From the NCBI GenBank assembly GCA_044376115.1, contig JBILLK010000027.1, positions 64,001 to 128,000 on the forward strand: DNA of 64,000 nucleotides, written 5' to 3'. The DNA comes from Polyangiaceae bacterium. GTDB lineage: Bacteria; Myxococcota_A; Polyangia; Polyangiales; Polyangiaceae. Positions 1-8,827 of the stretch are shown piece after piece. Positions within the stretch are counted from its first letter, which is position 1; each line of letters begins with the position of its first letter. The notes below the pieces were generated by a model that was not told the origin of the DNA, did no database searches, and worked only from the letters and a program-made list of their open reading frames with translations. A program made the position numbers and the translations under genes.

Positions 1-852
1 AAGTCGGCTCGCCGCGTTCCTGATCTCCGCACCATCGCCAACGAATGTGAGGAGGCTGGGGACCACAAGGACCTGCTCGAGCCCGCCAAAGAAGAGTCGA
101 TTGCCGCGCTGAAGACCTTCTACGACGCCGGCAAGGAGAAGATGTTCGCGGCCAAAACGGGCAGCACCGAGTTTCCAATCGACAACGCTCTGCGCGAGGG
201 CTTCGCGGTGGTGATCGATGAGCTGGCTCGCTCAAAAGATCCGAACGTCTATGTGCTGTTCAAGAACAGCGCCAATCTCGCGGAGCCGCCGCTGCAGAAG
301 CGGGCCTACCAAGAGATCCAGGAAGATGCACAAGTGCGAGCCGCCTTCCCCAACGGCAAAGCTCCCGAGATCCCGACGGGTGAAGCCTTTGCGCCGAAGT
401 TCGACTCGCGCCGCCAAACCACGTTTCTTCAGGCGATGACGGAGTCCTTCGGTCGGGTCTTCGAGGCAGACCTGCTGACACTCGCGCCGCTCTCCGCAGC
501 GGAAGGGCGCAAGAAGAAGATCGTCATTGAGGTGTCCTCGAGCATTCGCCGTGTGCCCGACTACTTCGTCTACACCACGGGTGAAAACAAGCGCGTGGCC
601 GGCCTGCTGTTCAACTTCGAGGTGGATTGGGAGTTTGAGCTGTTCTCGAACACGGGGCGCTCGCTGTACAAAGCTCCTCGCACCATCAGCCAACCCTCGG
701 ACGCCCGCTTCGACGCGGAGCCGGGCTCGCCGGATTGGGTGCCCTACAGCATCATGATGGACTCGGCGTACTTCAACTACAGCCGGGAAGTCACAGGGCG
801 CTTTGGCTTGGTGCCGCCGCCCAAGAAAGACTTCTTCGTCTTTACCAAGTAG
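1..852 (+). CDS. Hypothetical protein, 5'-truncated by the window edge
   Basis: The frame of ORF 142..852 is open back to base 1 (KSARRVPDLRTIANEC...). GC3-rich codons. No motif recognised. Confidence 0.75.
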   Translation, partial: KSARRVPDLRTIANECEEAGDHKDLLEPAKEESIAALKTFYDAGKEKMFAAKTGSTEFPIDNALREGFAVVIDELARSKDPNVYVLFKNSANLAEPPLQKRAYQEIQEDAQVRAAFPNGKAPEIPTGEAFAPKFDSRRQTTFLQAMTESFGRVFEADLLTLAPLSAAEGRKKKIVIEVSSSIRRVPDYFVYTTGENKRVAGLLFNFEVDWEFELFSNTGRSLYKAPRTISQPSDARFDAEPGSPDWVPYSIMMDSAYFNYSREVTGRFGLVPPPKKDFFVFTK

Positions 853-883
853 CGGACGGCCGAACAGCAAGAAGAACAAGAAG

Positions 884-924
884 AAAAGGCTCACCTTCCT
901 CGTGGACGGTGAGCCTTTGATTTT
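884..924. terminator. Probable bidirectional intrinsic terminator
   Basis: AAAGGCTCACC (885-895) pairs perfectly with GGTGAGCCTTT (908-918). A-tract before, T-rich tail after, between convergent genes. Confidence 0.75.
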
Positions 925-937
925 CTGCGAGAGGGAA

Positions 938-1528
938 TCAGGAGTCGGTGGAGCGCTTCTGCCGGCGCTTCAGCGGTCGCCGCGGTTTGCGCTTCGCGGG
1001 CGGCGGGGAGTCATCCTTCGTCACCTCCGGCTCTGGCTCGCGGTTCACTGGCTTCGACAAGCTGACCTGCTTCTTCGGCTTGGGTTCCGATGATGCAACG
1101 CTCTCCTCACGATCGCGCAGGTCCTTCTCCTTGCTCTTGAGCTTGGGCTTGTCCTTCGACTTCTTGCCCTTGCTCGAGGCAACTTTGTGCGGCCGCGAGG
1201 CGTGCTTGTCGGCTTTCGCGACCTTGCTCTTGCTCTTTGCCTTGGGAGCGCCCTTGGCCTTGGCTTTGGTCGACTTCTTGAGCTTCGCCTTGGTCTTGCT
1301 CTTCTTGTGCTTCTTCGGCGCAACCTGCTCGGCCTCCTCGCTGTCGAGAGCCTCCTTGGCTACGGCCTGAAGCCCTTCCTCATCGGCATCCACGAGGATC
1401 GGAACCTGTTCAGGCTCCTCCGCGAGGGCAGGGAGGGGCACAGCAAGCGGCAGAAGGGAAAGGAGTCCACCAAGGGACCAACGAAGAATTCGGCTGGGGC
1501 GCACGTCAATAGAAGGCCACAGTCGCAA
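938..1528 (-). CDS. Exported Lys-rich low-complexity protein
   Basis: Signal-peptide-like N-terminus ending in ALA-EE, acidic stretch, then a long K/S/A-rich region. True start may be the GTG at 1504. Confidence 0.7.
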   Translation of the reverse strand: MRLWPSIDVRPSRILRWSLGGLLSLLPLAVPLPALAEEPEQVPILVDADEEGLQAVAKEALDSEEAEQVAPKKHKKSKTKAKLKKSTKAKAKGAPKAKSKSKVAKADKHASRPHKVASSKGKKSKDKPKLKSKEKDLRDREESVASSEPKPKKQVSLSKPVNREPEPEVTKDDSPPPAKRKPRRPLKRRQKRSTDS

Positions 1529-1583
1529 AAAGTGGCCAACTTTCGCTTGCTACTTTTTCTCGCGCTTGCCGCGAGTTGGCGGC

Positions 1584-2840
1584 TCAGTCCGCGGAAAGTA
1601 CGAGCGTTGCGTTGGTGCCGCCGAAGCCAAACGAGTTGGACATCGCGTAGCGGACGTCTGCGCTGCTGGGCGCGGTGAGCGGCGGATAATCCGTGAGCTC
1701 GGGGTCGAGCGGCGTTGCATTCACGCTGGGCGCGAGCCACTTGCCGCGCAACATCATCATCGTGAAGATCGCCTCGACCACGCCAGCGGCCGAGATGGTG
1801 TGACCAGTGTAACCCTTGGTTGAAGAGTACGGAACGTAGCGTGCGCCGAAGAGCTCGCGCATCGCGCGCACCTCACTCACATCTCCGAGCGGCGTCGAGG
1901 TGCCGTGCGTGTTTACGTAGCCGATGTCGCTAGGCCCGAGGCCTGCGTGAGTCAGCGCGCTCTTCATCGACTGCAGCGCCCCAGTTGCAGCCGGGGCGAC
2001 CATCTCGCCTTGGCCGTCGCTCGACATGCCAAATCCGCGGATCACGCCCAGGATGGGCGCTCCGCGCTGTTCAGCGTCGTCGCGCCGTTCGAGCACGACC
2101 GCCCCTGACCCCTCCGAAAAGATGAAGCCAGCGCGGTCCGCTGCATAGGGCCTTGAAGCGCGCTCCGGGCTGTCATTGTCCCGGCCGTTGTAAGCGCCCA
2201 TCGCGTCAAACCCGGCGAAGAAATGTGAGTCGCAGACCTCCACTCCGCCGGCCAGGGCCGCACGCACATGCCCCGACTTGATCAAGCTGCTGGCGAGCAG
2301 GACGTTGTAAGCGCCGCCCGCGCAGGCCGCGGTAGCCGTGAAGGACGGCCCGGTAGTGCGCAGCACGTTCACCAAATTGGCCGACACGGTGGAGGCCATC
2401 AGCTTGGGGATCACCGTGGGGCTGACTTTCTTGGCGTCGCTCGTTTCATCGAGTTTGCGTCGCACTTCGATGTGAGTTTCCACGTCACCGGTTCCCGAAC
2501 CCACCACGACCGCGACTTCTCGTCGAGCCAGGTGAGGCAGCGACGAGTCGAACAGGGCGCTCTCGCTCAGCGCGTTTTGGGCGGCCTTCAGCAACACCCT
2601 CGAGCCACGACCCATGAAGCGAGCGAGCTTCTTGTTGATGCCGAGGGCCGCGTCGGAGACATCTCCGCGATACTGCCCGATGACCTGGCAACGCGCGGCG
2701 AGCGACAACGCCAACGGCCAGCGTTCGAAGGGGAGGTTGGTCCCAGCTTTGAGATGCTGCTCGATGACCCGCAGGTCGTCGCCCATGTTGCAACAGACCC
2801 CAACGCCGGTTACGACGACGTCGTCCCTCGAATCGCCCAT
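1584..2840 (-). CDS. fabB: Beta-ketoacyl-ACP synthase, FabB (KAS I)-like
   Basis: VVVTGVG, catalytic TAAC, FDAMGA, NTHGTSTPLGD, STKGYTGH, SNSFGFGGTNA. Start moved to ATG 2840 (MGDSRDDVVVTG). Confidence 0.9.
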   Translation of the reverse strand: MGDSRDDVVVTGVGVCCNMGDDLRVIEQHLKAGTNLPFERWPLALSLAARCQVIGQYRGDVSDAALGINKKLARFMGRGSRVLLKAAQNALSESALFDSSLPHLARREVAVVVGSGTGDVETHIEVRRKLDETSDAKKVSPTVIPKLMASTVSANLVNVLRTTGPSFTATAACAGGAYNVLLASSLIKSGHVRAALAGGVEVCDSHFFAGFDAMGAYNGRDNDSPERASRPYAADRAGFIFSEGSGAVVLERRDDAEQRGAPILGVIRGFGMSSDGQGEMVAPAATGALQSMKSALTHAGLGPSDIGYVNTHGTSTPLGDVSEVRAMRELFGARYVPYSSTKGYTGHTISAAGVVEAIFTMMMLRGKWLAPSVNATPLDPELTDYPPLTAPSSADVRYAMSNSFGFGGTNATLVLSAD

Positions 2841-2931
2841 ACGAGGCAGCTCGTTACCATGAACTGGCGGCGGGAAAAGGTGAAAAGAGGGCTCGCAATC
2901 GTCCGCGGATTGTAGAACCCTACGACTCATT

Positions 2932-3243
2932 ATGCCCGGGCGAATCGAGAGCCACGGTGAGATCGAAACGATCATTTTCGGCGACGGTCAAAAGCTGTCC
3001 GCGGGTGATCGAATCGGTCTCGTATTTCGCGCGATTGACGATCCGGACCCGCCGGTCTCCGTGATCATTCATTCGCCGAACGGCCAAAGGATCATTGAGA
3101 AGGTGCTGCGTGAGTTGCCCACCGGTAAGCCGCAAAGCGCACCGCCGGTAGAGTTCATTCCATCGACCAAAGGCAACTACCAAGTCGAAGTGAAAGAGCT
3201 TCGTGGCAAGCAGCGCGGTTCGGCGACCCTGACCATCTCGTAA
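2932..3243 (+). CDS. Small hypothetical protein, probably a beta-sandwich
   Basis: 103 aa with a beta-strand pattern (GNYQVEV). Ends 8 bp before the MMPL gene. Confidence 0.7.
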   Translation: MPGRIESHGEIETIIFGDGQKLSAGDRIGLVFRAIDDPDPPVSVIIHSPNGQRIIEKVLRELPTGKPQSAPPVEFIPSTKGNYQVEVKELRGKQRGSATLTIS

Positions 3244-3251
3244 AGCACCCC

Positions 3252-6080
3252 ATGCGTACGTTTGCTGAGTTCATTACGCGAAAGAGCGTCGCGTTTGCGG
3301 TCATTCTTTGTGTGCTGGCCCTGTCGCTGTTCGGTGCCATCAACGCCAATCGGGTGCAGGAGGACGACGACATCCTCGCCTTCCTGCCCAAGACGAACCG
3401 GGACGTCGCTAGCTTCTATGACGTTGCCGGCCGCTTCGGCAGCTTGGACGTGGCGCTCGTTGGCATCGAGGCGGAGGACGCTCTGTCGCCAGAGTTCTTG
3501 GGTCGGCTGAAGGCGCTCACCAAGCAGCTCAATGAGACCGAGGGCGTCGAGAACGCTCTTTCACTCACCAGCGTCGAAGACTTCGTGGCCGATCGTGAAC
3601 GCGGTGGCATCACCGCCGACTACTTGGTGCGGGAGATCCCATCGTCGCCCGAACAAGCTGCGGCCTTACGTGAGAAGGTGCTCTCGCGCGACCATATCGT
3701 GGGCAACCTGGTATCGAGCGACGGTAGAGCGGTGATGATCTACGTCTTCGCCGCCCAAGGAACCGAGCCGCGAACCACCGCGCATCGCGTGCGAGCCGCC
3801 GTAGAAAAACACTTTCCGAGCGAGACCAAATACTGGCACGGCGCTCCCTTCGTCTCGACCTACATCTACGAGCTCACTCAGGAGGACTTGCGCAGGCTTG
3901 CTCCCTGGGCCTGCGCGGCGATCTCGCTGGTCGTCCTGCTCTCGTTCCGCGATCTCGTGGGCACGCTGTTGGCGCTGCTATCGACGGTGCTCGGTATTGT
4001 CCTGCCGCTCGGGATCATGGGCTTCTTCGGTATCCACTCGAACATCGTGCTCGGCTCAATGCCGGTGATCTTGTTCGGCTTGGGTAGCGCCTACGGCGTG
4101 CATCTGCTCACTCGCTTCTACGCCCTGGCAGCGGAGCGGCCGCGTCACGAGGCGTTGGTTGAGGCCCTGGTCGACGTGGGGCCAAGCATCATTGGTAGCG
4201 GCCTCACCACCTCGGTCGGCTTGCTCTCCTTCGTGATGATGGACATCCCGCCGATGCGGACCTTCGGCATCTTCACCGCGATCGGGCTGACGCTCTCGCT
4301 GATCTTGGCGATCGTCTTCATCCCAGCCGTGCTCGTGGTGCTCCCGCTCACAGGGAAGTCGTCGGCGCCTTTCCCTTGGCTCGGTCGCATGATGGCCACC
4401 GTTTCGGTCGGGGCGCGCCATCACAAGCCGCTTGGCTTTGCCGTCACCTTGGCGCTGGTCGCGCTGTCGGCTGTGTACGCATCGCGCGTGAGCTCGACGC
4501 TCGACACCACCGCCTTCTTCGACGAGGACAGCCCTCCTGCCCAGGCCGACGCCTTCATGCAGCGACACTTCGGAGGCTCGCAATTCATCCAGATCGAGGT
4601 GCGTGGGGACATGAATGACCCCGCGGTGCTGCGGGAGGTTCAACTCCTCTCCGACCGCATCGCGCTGATTCCCGACGTCAGCTCGGTTACCCATATCGGC
4701 GCTATCGTCGCCACCATCAACGAGGCGATGGACGACGTTCGGAGGATCCCGGACGCCGAGGACAAAGTTCGCACGCTCTTCTCATTCTTGGCGGGTAAGC
4801 GCGCGGTTTCGCAGACGGTCACCGACGATCGTGACGTGGCACTGATCACCATCAAGGTCGCGAAGAGTCGGGCCGAGGAGGTCGAACGAGTGCTGGCCGA
4901 CATCGTAGCGCTCACCAAGCAGGTCCCCGCGTCGATCACGCGCGTGGCGATCGATGGTTCGCAAGGCCCGAATCAAGAGGCTGCGCAGGCGCATCGCGCC
5001 GAGATCGTCGCGGCGCGTATCGTCGCGCTGGCCCGCCAACTGGGTGCACCGGTGGAGTCTCCGGAGCAACTTCATCGCGCGCTGCTCTCCGACCGCGGTC
5101 AGGCGCAGGCCGCCGCCGTTGAAGCGGAGATCGTCGCGTTCATGAAGACCGAGGCCTTCGATTCGCCGATCCCCAAAGGGGACGTCGCACTGGCCGCAGC
5201 CATCGCTAAAGGGGTTGCAGCGTTGGGCGCTCCGCCCTTCGAGGACAGCGCACGCAAAGTGTGGCGGGCCAAAGTGCCGGGCGTCGTGGCGGCGGCGCTC
5301 AACAAGGACGCGAGCGACCCGATGGTCGACGATACCGCGCTATCGCTCGAGCAAAACGTTGGTGAGATCTGGGTCCGTGAACGTGCACGGGCCGACTCCA
5401 AGCTCGTCGTCTCGGCCGCCGGCCTGGTGATCCCCGAAGGCCCACGCGGCGAACGGCTTCGCACCTTCATCGGTCATGCGCTGCTCGATTTGGACCTCGG
5501 CTTTTCCGCCGTCCCCGGGGAAGGCAAGCCCATGAGCCTGGTCGTTACCGGCTTGCCGGTGCTCTACCGCGGCCTCTCCGACAGCGTCTTCAACAACCAG
5601 TGGAACAGCCTTTGGTTTGCGTTGGTGCTGGTGGTCGGGTTGAAGGCCCTGCTGTTTCGATCGCTGACGACGGGCCTGCTCTCGAGCATCCCGACGCTGG
5701 TAACGCTCACCGTGGTGTACGGGGGAATGGGCGTGCTCGGCGTGCGTCTGGACATCGGCACATCCATGCTCGCGAGCCTGATCATCGGCGCCGGGGATGA
5801 CTACGCTGTGCAGTTCTTGTGGTCGTGGTTCGCTCCGAAGGGCGGTTCCCTCGATGATGCAGCCCGAGTAGCGGCGATTGAAAACGGCGCTGGCATCTGG
5901 ACCAACGCGCTGATGGTGGCGATTGGCTTCTTCGTCCTCACCTTGGGAGACGCCCGTCCGCTCCAGAACGTTGGCGGGCTTACAGCAGCCGCCATGTTGG
6001 CGGCCGCGGTGGCAACCTTCCTGATCACGCCGCTTTTGGCACGACGTCGCTACTACGCCCCAACGCACTCCGACTCGTAG
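3252..6080 (+). CDS. MMPL/RND family transporter
   Basis: Two repeats of one TM, a periplasmic domain and five TMs. GAGDDYAVQF, LTTSVGLLSF, HFGGSQFIQI. Confidence 0.92.
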   Translation: MRTFAEFITRKSVAFAVILCVLALSLFGAINANRVQEDDDILAFLPKTNRDVASFYDVAGRFGSLDVALVGIEAEDALSPEFLGRLKALTKQLNETEGVENALSLTSVEDFVADRERGGITADYLVREIPSSPEQAAALREKVLSRDHIVGNLVSSDGRAVMIYVFAAQGTEPRTTAHRVRAAVEKHFPSETKYWHGAPFVSTYIYELTQEDLRRLAPWACAAISLVVLLSFRDLVGTLLALLSTVLGIVLPLGIMGFFGIHSNIVLGSMPVILFGLGSAYGVHLLTRFYALAAERPRHEALVEALVDVGPSIIGSGLTTSVGLLSFVMMDIPPMRTFGIFTAIGLTLSLILAIVFIPAVLVVLPLTGKSSAPFPWLGRMMATVSVGARHHKPLGFAVTLALVALSAVYASRVSSTLDTTAFFDEDSPPAQADAFMQRHFGGSQFIQIEVRGDMNDPAVLREVQLLSDRIALIPDVSSVTHIGAIVATINEAMDDVRRIPDAEDKVRTLFSFLAGKRAVSQTVTDDRDVALITIKVAKSRAEEVERVLADIVALTKQVPASITRVAIDGSQGPNQEAAQAHRAEIVAARIVALARQLGAPVESPEQLHRALLSDRGQAQAAAVEAEIVAFMKTEAFDSPIPKGDVALAAAIAKGVAALGAPPFEDSARKVWRAKVPGVVAAALNKDASDPMVDDTALSLEQNVGEIWVRERARADSKLVVSAAGLVIPEGPRGERLRTFIGHALLDLDLGFSAVPGEGKPMSLVVTGLPVLYRGLSDSVFNNQWNSLWFALVLVVGLKALLFRSLTTGLLSSIPTLVTLTVVYGGMGVLGVRLDIGTSMLASLIIGAGDDYAVQFLWSWFAPKGGSLDDAARVAAIENGAGIWTNALMVAIGFFVLTLGDARPLQNVGGLTAAAMLAAAVATFLITPLLARRRYYAPTHSDS

Positions 6081-6105
6081 CGCACACTTCTTAAGGTCCG
6101 CGCGG

Positions 6106-6148
6106 TTGACGAAGGGCAGCTTGTCCACTATCTGTACAAGGTATTACA
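6106..6148 (+). promoter_or_regulatory. Possible sigma70-type promoter and palindromic operator upstream of ribA
   Basis: TTGACG (6106-6111), 17 bp, then TATCTG (weak -10). Overlapping TGTA-N8-TACA at 6133-6148. Confidence 0.35.
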
Positions 6149-6176
6149 AACCCTGTGCACTAGCCCGGAGCTGACT

Positions 6177-6818
6177 ATGTCGACCGCCATGCCACTTCAG
6201 CCAACCTTCCCAGACCACTCCGACGTGCGTGTGGAGATCGCCAGCGTGGCCGAGCTGCCTTCCGAGTTTGGCAACTTTCGTGTCTATGTTTTCTCGAACA
6301 ATCGCGACTCAAAAGAGCATCTGGCGATGGTGCACGGGGAGGTCTTCGGGGCCCATGACCTGGTAACCCGCGTCCATTCCGAGTGCCTTACCGGTGACGT
6401 GCTCGGTTCGCTCCGATGTGATTGTCGTCCGCAGCTTGAACGAGCTTTGACAAAGGTTGGACAGATGCCGCGCGGCATCGTCTTGTACATGCGCCAAGAG
6501 GGTCGCGGCATCGGCCTAACCAACAAGATCCGCGCTTACGGCTTGCAGGAACGCGGCATGGATACGGTGGAGGCCAACCTCGCGCTTGGCTTCAAAGATG
6601 ACGAGCGGGACTACACGGTGGCCGCCGCCATGTTGCGGACCCTTGGTGTGCGCAGCATCGCGCTGATGACCAACAACCCGGACAAGGTAAACAAGCTGAG
6701 CTCGTCGGGCATTCAGGTCAGCAGCCGCATTCCTCACGTGATCGGGTCGAACCCGCACAATCACAAGTACCTGTCGACCAAGGCCAGCAAGTCGGGCCAC
6801 CTCATGAGCGAGTCCTAG
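6177..6818 (+). CDS. ribA: GTP cyclohydrolase II
   Basis: RVHSECLTGD, SLRCDC, QEGRGIGL, LMTNNPDK, YLSTKASKSGH. Confidence 0.96.
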   Translation: MSTAMPLQPTFPDHSDVRVEIASVAELPSEFGNFRVYVFSNNRDSKEHLAMVHGEVFGAHDLVTRVHSECLTGDVLGSLRCDCRPQLERALTKVGQMPRGIVLYMRQEGRGIGLTNKIRAYGLQERGMDTVEANLALGFKDDERDYTVAAAMLRTLGVRSIALMTNNPDKVNKLSSSGIQVSSRIPHVIGSNPHNHKYLSTKASKSGHLMSES

Positions 6819-6860
6819 TCGCGCCGCGTCGCGCGCCAAAAGTCGGTAGAGTGCGCGCTC

Positions 6861-7766
6861 GTGAGCGCTTTATCGGTAGACCAGAAACTCCGCTTGCGGA
6901 GCTTGTACGAGGAGCATCGCGCGGTTGGCGGTGCTCGCTCACCGCTAGCGTCGGTGGCGCGCCTGCAGTCCCTGGTGCTACCGGCGCTCGACTTTACGTT
7001 CCGTGCCTTCGCCGGGAGATCGGTCGAAGGCCCGCTGGTCTTGGGGCTCTCGGGTCCGCAAGGCTGCGGCAAGTCGACGCTCGCTGCCGACCTCGTGGCT
7101 GGCTTCGGCTGGTTGGGTTTGCGAGCGACGTGCTTCTCTGTGGATGACGTCTATCTCCGTCGCGACGAGCAAGTGGCGCTCGCCGAGCGCTTTCCCGGCG
7201 CGGCGATCTTCGCCGATCGCGGCTTCCCGGGAACGCACGACGTCGAACTCGGATGTCGCGTACTCGACGGTCTGTCGACGGTCGAGCCCGGTCAATTCGT
7301 CCGCGTGCCCAGCTACGACAAGAGCGCCTTTGGTGGGCGCGGAGATCGTAAACCGCACGTCGAATGGCCGGAGATCGCGTGTCCCCTCGATCTCGTGGTG
7401 TTTGAGGGCTGGATGCTTGGCTTCACCCCCGCTGCGGAACCGTCCGACCCAGCACTCGCGCAGGCCAACGAGTTTCTGCGTCGATACGAGGTTTGGCACG
7501 AGCGGCTCGGAGCGTTCTTGCATCTCGACGCAGCGGAACCGCACTTCGTCGTGAGTTGGCGCGTTGAGGCCGAGCGTCGTCGTCGAGAAAGCGGAGCGCC
7601 TGGGCTCAGCGACGCCGAAGCAGAGGACTACGTTCGTCGATTTTTGCCTGGCTACGCTCTCTGGGGTCCAGCGCTCCGCGAGCGCGCGCCGGTGCAACCT
7701 TCGCTGCGCCTGGTCATGGGCCCCGATCGATTGCCCTATGAGCAGGGCTCTCCGTTGGCTGTGTAA
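6861..7766 (+). CDS. D-glycerate 3-kinase (GLYK/Tda10-type P-loop kinase)
   Basis: GLSGPQGCGKST, SVDDVYL, RGFPGTHD, YDKSAFGGRGDR, FEGWMLGF. Confidence 0.85.
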   Translation: MSALSVDQKLRLRSLYEEHRAVGGARSPLASVARLQSLVLPALDFTFRAFAGRSVEGPLVLGLSGPQGCGKSTLAADLVAGFGWLGLRATCFSVDDVYLRRDEQVALAERFPGAAIFADRGFPGTHDVELGCRVLDGLSTVEPGQFVRVPSYDKSAFGGRGDRKPHVEWPEIACPLDLVVFEGWMLGFTPAAEPSDPALAQANEFLRRYEVWHERLGAFLHLDAAEPHFVVSWRVEAERRRRESGAPGLSDAEAEDYVRRFLPGYALWGPALRERAPVQPSLRLVMGPDRLPYEQGSPLAV

Positions 7767-7991
7767 TGCGTTACGCGCTAGCGCCATCAAAGTTCCTTTG
7801 CATCGACTCGCGCCTGCGGCCGTCCAAACGCAAACCCCGCTTGGCCGGGGCTTTGGATCGACAGCTACTTGTTAGAGCAGCGGTGCAGTCGGTATCGTGG
7901 CGTGTTGAGCCGTTCAATCCCCACTATGTTTGACGGAGTCAGCAACAACTCGTCCGCACACGGCGGACCTTCTTCCACCCCAAGAGGGCTT

Positions 7992-8768
7992 ATGAAGCGG
8001 TCTTTCTGGTCTCGTTCATTGTTGAAGGCAGTTGTGACTTTGGGTCTCGCCCTTGGTGCCTCAATGGTTTCACCGGTCGCCAACGCGGACGAGAAGGGTG
8101 ACAAGGCAATCGCTGCGGTTGACGGCGCCGTCTACAAGGCGAAGACACAGTTCCTCGAGTACGAAGCCACCATCAAGGTGCCCGAGAAAGAGGACAAGAA
8201 GCTCAGCCTCGGCGTCTACATGAAGGACGACAAGCGCTTCACTGAGTTCCTCGCTCCCAGCGACGTAAAGGGAACCAAGGTGCTGATCCTCAGCCCGACC
8301 CAAATGTACGTTTATCTGCCGGCCTTCAAAAAAGTCCGTCGCATCGCCAGTCACGTGACGGATCAAGGCTTCATGGGCATGAACTTCGCCCAGGACGAGA
8401 TGTCGATCACTGGCTACGCCAAGATGTACACCGGCGAGGTCACCTCCGAGGACGACAAGACGCGCAAGATCACGATGACCCAAAAAGCCGACACCGGCGC
8501 GCCCTACGCCAAAGTGGAGATGACGGTGGAGAAGGCTCGCAACCTCCCGACCGAGCTCAAGTACTACTCAGAATCCGGCACTCACGTAAAAACTGAGACG
8601 CGCTCGAACTACACCTGTGAGAAGGAGTTCTGCGCGCCGGTGACCCTCACGATGGTCGATCACACGAAGAGCGGTGCCTCGACCACGCTGACGCGTAAGA
8701 AGTGGAAGGTGAATCTCGATATTCCGGATTCACGCTTCTCCAAGCGAGCCCTCGAAGAAGGCACCTGA
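7992..8768 (+). CDS. Outer-membrane lipoprotein-sorting (LolA-like) periplasmic protein
   Basis: Signal peptide ending in ANA. FLAPSDVKGT, YVYLPAFKKVRRIA, GFMGMNF, IPDSRFSKRAL. Start taken at ATG 7992. Confidence 0.85.
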   Translation: MKRSFWSRSLLKAVVTLGLALGASMVSPVANADEKGDKAIAAVDGAVYKAKTQFLEYEATIKVPEKEDKKLSLGVYMKDDKRFTEFLAPSDVKGTKVLILSPTQMYVYLPAFKKVRRIASHVTDQGFMGMNFAQDEMSITGYAKMYTGEVTSEDDKTRKITMTQKADTGAPYAKVEMTVEKARNLPTELKYYSESGTHVKTETRSNYTCEKEFCAPVTLTMVDHTKSGASTTLTRKKWKVNLDIPDSRFSKRALEEGT

Positions 8769-8827
8769 GCTCGCCGTACAGCTAGAAATTTCGGTCTGCG
8801 TAAGCCAGTTGCTACCGTCCCGCTCCA

